From Candidatus Latescibacterota bacterium (GTDB taxonomy: Bacteria; Latescibacterota; UBA2968; UBA8231): a DNA stretch of 64,000 nucleotides. Position numbers and translations under genes: made by a program. Below, piece after piece: positions 58,370 to 64,000 of the stretch. Positions within the stretch are counted from its first letter, which is position 1; every line of letters starts with the position of its first letter. The notes under the pieces were generated by a model. It made no database searches and was not told where the DNA came from. It was given only the letters and a program-made list of their open reading frames with translations. The DNA lies in assembly GCA_965248265.1 (NCBI GenBank), contig CBDFJF010000002.1:2368001-2432000 (forward strand), given 5' to 3'.

Positions 58370-59473
58370 TCACTGCCCCGCCGCCCTCAACCGGTCGCGA
58401 ATCGACTCACCCGTCATGCCGACCCTGGCGATGTCGATGCTCAGCGCGACGTCGTGTCTCGCGTCCTGCAGCGTGGAGCGGCACTCCGTGCCATTCACAA
58501 TGCAGTCGTGAAAGTGTCTGAGCTCCGCAATGAATGCGCTCTCCCAGGGAATCGTCGGCTCCTTGCGAAAACTCATGCCGTTCTCTTCGTCGATCCCCTG
58601 GACGACCAGCTCGGACAGCACTCGTCGTGAGAATCCGGTGCAGTAGGACAGCAGGACGCGCTTGCTGTCGCCATACACTTCCAGCGTCTCCCTGAAGTCC
58701 CACAGGTCCACCAAATCCACGTGTGACAGGACACAACGAGCGCCGTTGGGAAACTCCAGCACCGTGTTGATGTCGCGATTTCCGTGCCAGATCTCAGTGC
58801 TGATGACGGCGCTCGGCACTCCCAGCATCGTGCGCAGGCTGTAGAGATCGTGGATCAAGCCGAAGGCGACGCCGTAGCGCTGTGCTTCCTCGGCCAGCGC
58901 GCCGAAGGCCTCCTCCCTGCGCGCCGACGACGCTTCTTGGCGCGCTTCGACAGCCGACGTCGGCACGTCGTCGAAGTAGCGCAGCCGGAACTGCGCCAGA
59001 TGCAGCTTGTTGTGGGGGTGCAGGTGATTGATCTGGACGAAGTGGTAGTCGTCCATGGCGTCGATCTCTTGTGCCGCCATCAGAAAGGCCGGATCGTAGA
59101 TCTTCATATACGCCGCCTGCCCCACTTTCCCCGCCATCTCCTGCGCCGCGACCATGCGGTCGATCTCCTGCAGCGAGCGAGCGACGGGCTTTTCCACCAG
59201 GACGTGCTTTCCTGCCGCGAACGCCGCGACCACGGTCTCTTGATTGCCGCCGCTGTGGCACAGCAGCACGGCGTCGATATCCTCGTCCAACAACGCGTGA
59301 AAATCGCTGACGTGGTTAGGGACCTTGAAGCGCCTCGCCGCATACCCGGCCAATGCGGCCGAAATATCGCAGACGACGACCACTTCGAACTCCTCGTCGA
59401 GCTCGAGCAGATTGGGCAGGTGCTGCACTTGCGCGACAGCACCGCAGCCTACGACTCCAATTCGCACTGCCAT
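58370..59473 (-). CDS. Gfo/Idh/MocA family oxidoreductase
   Basis: IGVVGCG, AGKHVLVEKP. Confidence 0.9.
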   Translation of the reverse strand: MAVRIGVVGCGAVAQVQHLPNLLELDEEFEVVVVCDISAALAGYAARRFKVPNHVSDFHALLDEDIDAVLLCHSGGNQETVVAAFAAGKHVLVEKPVARSLQEIDRMVAAQEMAGKVGQAAYMKIYDPAFLMAAQEIDAMDDYHFVQINHLHPHNKLHLAQFRLRYFDDVPTSAVEARQEASSARREEAFGALAEEAQRYGVAFGLIHDLYSLRTMLGVPSAVISTEIWHGNRDINTVLEFPNGARCVLSHVDLVDLWDFRETLEVYGDSKRVLLSYCTGFSRRVLSELVVQGIDEENGMSFRKEPTIPWESAFIAELRHFHDCIVNGTECRSTLQDARHDVALSIDIARVGMTGESIRDRLRAAGQ

Positions 59474-59698
59474 TCTGTCGTTCCTCTGCTACTTTCGGTG
59501 AACGTTGAGGACACCGATGCGCGGCACGAGCGCGTTCCCTTCGTCTGTCAGATCGAACGAGCGCCCGTACGTCTCGAGCAACGGCTCCCACATGTTTTCG
59601 CGGTCAAGGACAGATAATAGTGCGTCTCGGCATCTTATCGAAATGAATCCCTCGGCGTAGACGCAGTTGCCGTATGCCGTAGGCAAACGGATAGACAC

Positions 59699-59748
59699 GA
59701 TAAGCGGCCATTATCGATATTTTGTCAACGTGCTGGCGTGTGTGTAGG
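59699..59748 (-). repeat. ~50-bp imperfect repeat, copy B
   Basis: GATAAGCGGCCATTATCGATATTTTGTCAACGTGCTGGCG..GTGTAGG aligns with 57320-57371. Confidence 0.6.
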
Positions 59749-59919
59749 GGTGACTGCTCGGCAGACCTGGCCAAAGGATAGTTTGGAGTGCGTGACGAAC
59801 TCTACGCGTTTCAATTCGGCTACCCACCCATGCAGTATCGGTCTGTTGCTGCGCAGCGGATCCGGGTCGGCTATCCGTTTTGCGCCTCTGTCAGGACCTC
59901 TTCGATGATTTTCAGAGTG

Positions 59920-60069
59920 CCGGCGACGTTGGGCTGACTCCTGCGAGATGTCCATGGCCGCCACGACTTCGGCGTCGTCTGTTGGCTCCAGCTTCTGGCG
60001 TGCGAACGGTCCATGGCGCCGCAGCCGATGAGGCGACAACGTAGCGGATATCCCCAGTCGAGGAGACAT
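59920..60069 (-). pseudogene. Degenerate N-terminus of a Gfo/Idh/MocA gene
   Basis: LIGCGAMDRSHARSW and DDAEVVAAMDIS in shifted frames. Confidence 0.5.
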
Positions 60070-60509
60070 TGACGGAGAAGCCGATGTTCAGGGTCACCGC
60101 CCAGCAGCACGTGACGACCAACAAACAATCCGGCAATAGCTGGAGTCGATTGAGCGTTGGCCAGGGCAAAACCGTGATGGCCCTGCCGCCCTCACCGAAC
60201 CCCGCTCGATCCAGCGCCACCTGCAGGGCGTTGGCCTGCCCGCACGGGCACCACCAATCGCACAGGCACGGCCATCCCAGCAGTCCGAGTTCGAATACGC
60301 CGCCTGATTCGAGCGGGTACCGTCCTGATCCGACGGGATCGATGCGCCTGAATCGACCCTGCGGGTCTGCAAAACCGCCGAAAATCTATCCTTAGCCCCG
60401 AAGCCAAGTTCGTCATACCAGCCGGCTCCGCGAAACACGCATTCCGTCCCTCACAAAATCCCCAGATTCCATTCGACACCAAGGTCCTGAGGGTTCTAAA
60501 CTATCTATA

Positions 60510-62786
60510 ATGCTGCTTATCGTGCCTAACCGTGAGGCACAAAAACTTATGACCGCGCTCATCGCGTCGGTGACCGGCGCCCTCCTGCTGGCTCTCACCC
60601 CCAGCACCCTGTGGGCCCGTGCCGAGTTCCACCTGGGCTCCGCAGATAACACATGGGAACTCTTTGGCATTCCCTACGAACGGTTCGTCCTCAGTGAGGA
60701 CGGGACCAGTCTGACCAGGCAGAGTACGGGAGAGGAGGTGACGACCGGTTTCTACATCATAGTCGATGAGGACGGAAACGAGCTGGACCGGCGCGACGTG
60801 AGCGGCCTTCTCGAGGTCGGCGGAGGGACCATGCTGGAGGAATACAACTACCGCGGCCCCGACCAGCCCTCCATGGAAGGGGATGTGCTGCAGGCGGTCC
60901 GGGTCGATCCCACGGAGAATCTGGCGCTGCTCGACAACCTCTACCCCCGCGGTGGGGGCATCTTTCACGGTCACAACACCGGCGCCTACGCGGGCCCCGA
61001 GTTCCGCTCCCACATCGACGGGGATCCCACGACCACGCGCCTGGTGCTGTTCAGGGGGAACCCGCTGGAGCAGGAGCCGTTGATCGCCGGCGGCGTCTAC
61101 CTGGGAGCCCAGGCCACGGCCGTTATCATCAACCTGGGTCTCCAGATGCCGATCAACCGCGTCCGCATCTATCCCCGCCTCGGCAGGCTCGACGATGCCG
61201 CCGCCATCGCCGGCATGGCCGAGCCCAAGCCGGACCCGGAGTCGTTCGGGGAGACCAGCTTTGCCGGCAATTACCTGGAGTGGTACGAGATCGCCGTCAC
61301 CGACAACGACGCCCTCATCAACGAGCTCGTCGGGGCCGGTGGGACCAGTCGTCCCGGCCGCCACGGGTTCAAGAACTTCTCCGAGACCTCCGGGTACGTC
61401 GATTCCGCCGCCACGGACCCGAGCTTCGAAGCGCTGATCCAGACCAGGGACAACCTGGATTCGGTCATCGACTTCCGCTTCCCCACGCGCGATGTGCGGA
61501 TGGTCTCCGTCCGCCCGTATATCCCGACCCGCACGTGGGAGGTGGCGGAGATCGAGGTATACGGCGAAGGTTACGTCCGCCGCTCCGTTTACCGCTCGCG
61601 GATCCTCGACTTCGGCCGCCCCGTCACCTGGAGCAAAATCCGCTGGTCCGGGGAACAGCCGCCCGGCACCAGGATATCGATCCGTTCCCGCACCGGGAAG
61701 ACCCGGGAGACCGATCTGTGGCTGCTGCGCACGGTGACCGGGAAATTCGTGGAGACCGACTTCGACACCTGGCTCCGTGAATACCCTTCCAGCGATGCCC
61801 AACGCACCCTGGACCGGGACAACTGGAGCTTCTGGTCCGCCACCTACAGCTTCGCCGCTGGCCTGCGCGACGAGAGCGCGCCGGCCGCCGCCTGGACGGA
61901 CGGCACCCGGTTCCTCTCCCCGGGACCCACCCGCTACCTGCAGCTCGAGATCGTGCTGGAGGCCACCGCCGACCAGACGCCGCGATTGGACGATTTGTCC
62001 CTGTTGTTCTCCGAGGCGTCGGCCGCCGAAGAGGTAGTCGGCGAAATCTGGCCGATCGAGGTGGACAGCTTCGAGCCCCAATCCTTCACATACGTCGTCA
62101 AGCCGGTGCTGAGGGATGGCAATGCGGGATTCGACCGTCTGGAGATCTTCACCTACGGCCCGGCCGAGGTCTCGTCGCTGCGCGTGGGCGGCCAGGAAGT
62201 CGACCTCGGCGATGACCGCTACAAGCCGGACATCCGGGAAGACCGCGTCATCCTCTCCTTCGACCGGCTGGTGGACCCCCGGCAGGACAACGAAAAGCGG
62301 ATCGAAGTGGAATTCAGCGCCCGGGTCCTCCGTTTCGGCGCCGAATTCAGCGGCTGGGTCTACGACAGCCGGGAGCCGGAGCTGAAGCAGACGATCAGGC
62401 CGGGCAATGCCACCATCCGCTTCATCGGCGACGTCCTCTCCGTGCGCACCCCGGCCGGTGGCGACCTGGTGCAGCAGCTGGAGATCCTGCCTCGCGCCTT
62501 TACCCCCAACGGCGACGGGGTCAACGACGAAGCCTCCATCTCCTTCAACCTGCGCGATCTGACGGACCAACGCCCCGTCGACGTGCGCATCTGGACCCTC
62601 GACGGCCGCTCCGTGCGGCGCCTGATCGCGGCCGCCCCCACGGCCAGCGGCCACTTCACCCGTCGCTGGGACGGCCGCGACGATGCCGGCCTGTTGGCCC
62701 CCCCGGGAGTCTACATCGTCCAGGTCGAGCTCCACAGCGACGAGGGCCGGAAAACCGCCGCGGGGACCCTCTCCCTGGCCTACTGA
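60510..62786 (+). CDS. Large secreted protein with C-terminal FlgD-Ig-like domain (related to 44960..48022)
   Basis: Signal peptide (start may be 60549), IDGDP, IRSRTG..NWSFWS..SPGPTRYLQ, GEIWP, FTPNGDGVND..WDGRDD..PPGVY. Confidence 0.87.
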   Translation: MLLIVPNREAQKLMTALIASVTGALLLALTPSTLWARAEFHLGSADNTWELFGIPYERFVLSEDGTSLTRQSTGEEVTTGFYIIVDEDGNELDRRDVSGLLEVGGGTMLEEYNYRGPDQPSMEGDVLQAVRVDPTENLALLDNLYPRGGGIFHGHNTGAYAGPEFRSHIDGDPTTTRLVLFRGNPLEQEPLIAGGVYLGAQATAVIINLGLQMPINRVRIYPRLGRLDDAAAIAGMAEPKPDPESFGETSFAGNYLEWYEIAVTDNDALINELVGAGGTSRPGRHGFKNFSETSGYVDSAATDPSFEALIQTRDNLDSVIDFRFPTRDVRMVSVRPYIPTRTWEVAEIEVYGEGYVRRSVYRSRILDFGRPVTWSKIRWSGEQPPGTRISIRSRTGKTRETDLWLLRTVTGKFVETDFDTWLREYPSSDAQRTLDRDNWSFWSATYSFAAGLRDESAPAAAWTDGTRFLSPGPTRYLQLEIVLEATADQTPRLDDLSLLFSEASAAEEVVGEIWPIEVDSFEPQSFTYVVKPVLRDGNAGFDRLEIFTYGPAEVSSLRVGGQEVDLGDDRYKPDIREDRVILSFDRLVDPRQDNEKRIEVEFSARVLRFGAEFSGWVYDSREPELKQTIRPGNATIRFIGDVLSVRTPAGGDLVQQLEILPRAFTPNGDGVNDEASISFNLRDLTDQRPVDVRIWTLDGRSVRRLIAAAPTASGHFTRRWDGRDDAGLLAPPGVYIVQVELHSDEGRKTAAGTLSLAY

Positions 62787-62860
62787 AGGGCCGGAGAGGG
62801 GCATTTTTTTCTTGCTTGATGCTCTATCTTGTTCTGCAGTTCACGCAACCCGGGCGTGTC

Positions 62861-62930
62861 GATCAGCTCGATCGCGGCCAAGATCGGCTGTACGCCGGAG
62901 ACCCTGCGCTCGTGGGTACATCGGAGTGAG
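62861..62930 (+). mobile_element. IS3-family OrfA helix-turn-helix remnant
   Basis: ISSIAAKIGCTPETLRSWV, fused in frame to an unrelated fragment (ORF 62829..63365). Confidence 0.65.
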
Positions 62931-63280
62931 TACACCGTTGTGTTCCGGATCCTCCTCCCGCCTGATCGGGTTCTCGCCAGACTCGACTGGCCCGACATCA
63001 CCGGCGCTGCCGCACTGATTGAAGCGTTGAACGACCATTGGCAGTGTGACGTGGTTTCCGAGTTGGCTGAATGCTGCCTTGACTCGGAGATCCCCTGGAT
63101 ACACAAGAGTCGCATCGCAGAGATATTGTGGAGCCTGGCACCAGACCGGTACTTTGACTCTGGCGTTCTATGTCACATGCTGACCGCCGAGGTCCCCGAA
63201 CTTGGTCGGACCGAGGCTGAAGGAATGGTGTCGCTGCTCCGAGAGGATGCCCCTCGGTTCCTGAATGAACTGCTTCGACT

Positions 63281-63532
63281 CTACCACCGAACCTTCCTGA
63301 CCCCTCGCTTTGCTCGCGCTACCATGGTCGCTGCCGCACGTCCTACCTTGCTGTCATGGAAGTAGACATCACCGTAGCCGAGCCCAAATGCCAGCAAATC
63401 CACACCCGTGCCCAGCAGTTCGTCCACCGGCCATCGCAGTTTGTGAAGGCTCACGGGTGGATCGAGCCTCTTTGCATGGTAGTGGTGCGCGTCTTGATAG
63501 TAGATCAGTCTCGGCTTGTTCATCAGCTTCAC
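63281..63532 (-). pseudogene. N-terminal fragment of a glycoside-hydrolase-like (DUF187/GHL-type) gene
   Basis: MNKPRLIYYQDAHH..WPVDELLGTGVD..YFHDSKVG, then truncated; RBS GAGGGGAG; family name tentative. Confidence 0.65.
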
Positions 63533-63627
63533 TCCCCTCTAATGTCGTGTCCCAGGAATTCCTTGCGTTTTCTGACGCCGATCCAGTATGTGCTGGGACT
63601 ATAGTGTCCAATTTCGGAAGGGTGTGT

Positions 63628-63704
63628 GCTTAGTGAGGATAAAATGGGTTATCGTTACTCAGTCAGTCGTTATTTTTGGCATTTTGCCAGCGTTGATGGC
63701 GGTT
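63628..63704 (+). repeat. dif-like repeat unit copy 3 (intact, spacer AATGGG)
   Basis: Arms 63632-63642 and 63649-63659 identical to copy 2; tail differs at a few positions. Confidence 0.9.
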
Positions 63705-64000
63705 TTTGTGGTGTGACGGTCGATCGACAAGAGGCTGGGCCTTTCCTTGGTGGCCCTGGAGCGCTGACCCCGCAGCCTCGAAGGATTCGATCCCCAAGGC
63801 GGCCAAATCATCCACGTCGTTTACCGACAGATGTGTCGCGTGTGGGAGTGCTCAATGTCCCTCAGACTCACAGACGGGCAAACAGTGTCAACCGAGAGCA
63901 GCACGTCGCTCTCCGCGGGTCTGAGTCGCCCATCGGTTTGGTCAGGTGATTACCGGCTGCTCTCTTAGTTGACTTCCGCAGCATCGACTCGTCGCACGGC

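Noticed and set aside
59489-59698. 69-aa ORF upstream of the Gfo/Idh/MocA gene as a leader peptide
   Set aside because: No RBS, attenuator structure or codon run; more likely another gene relic.
43982-63704. Repeat unit as a CRISPR repeat or integron attC
   Set aside because: Copies are 9-10 kb apart with no short spacers or cas genes, and the RYYYAAC..GTTRRRY attC arrangement is absent.
63720-64000. Minus-strand gene fragments at the window end (THLSVNDVDDLAALGIESFEAAG; AVRRVDAAEVN-stop)
   Set aside because: Too short to assign without a search or the adjacent sequence.

Overview
GC-rich bacterial chromosomal window with no rRNA, tRNA or CRISPR array that I can see. It is a patchwork of small-molecule catabolic genes from expanded paralog families: 4 xylose-isomerase-like TIM barrels, 3 GH32-like propeller proteins, 3 amidohydrolases, 2 aldo/keto reductases, and PhyH and Gfo/Idh/MocA genes. 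It also holds 3 large secreted proteins with a C-terminal FlgD-Ig-like domain, an ABC exporter/HlyD-like pair, and about 15 gene or IS fragments. The gene repertoire resembles Latescibacterota/Poribacteria-type genomes (inference only). Three non-coding signals stand out. (1) Three direct copies of a ~76-bp AT-rich unit (43982, 54543, 63628) have a dif/Xer-like 11-6-11 core, AGTGAGGATAA-AATRGG-TTATCGTTACT. They bound 9-10 kb blocks, and several junctions cut unrelated genes, which suggests a site-specific DNA-capture or accretion array. (2) A 499-bp MITE with 23-bp terminal inverted repeats and a 10-bp target duplication sits in the core of the first copy. (3) An apparently intact two-loop bridge/seek-type RNA lies behind a truncated IS110-family transposase, and its loop sequences match the element's own end and flank. 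All family assignments come from motif recognition by eye; no database search was run.
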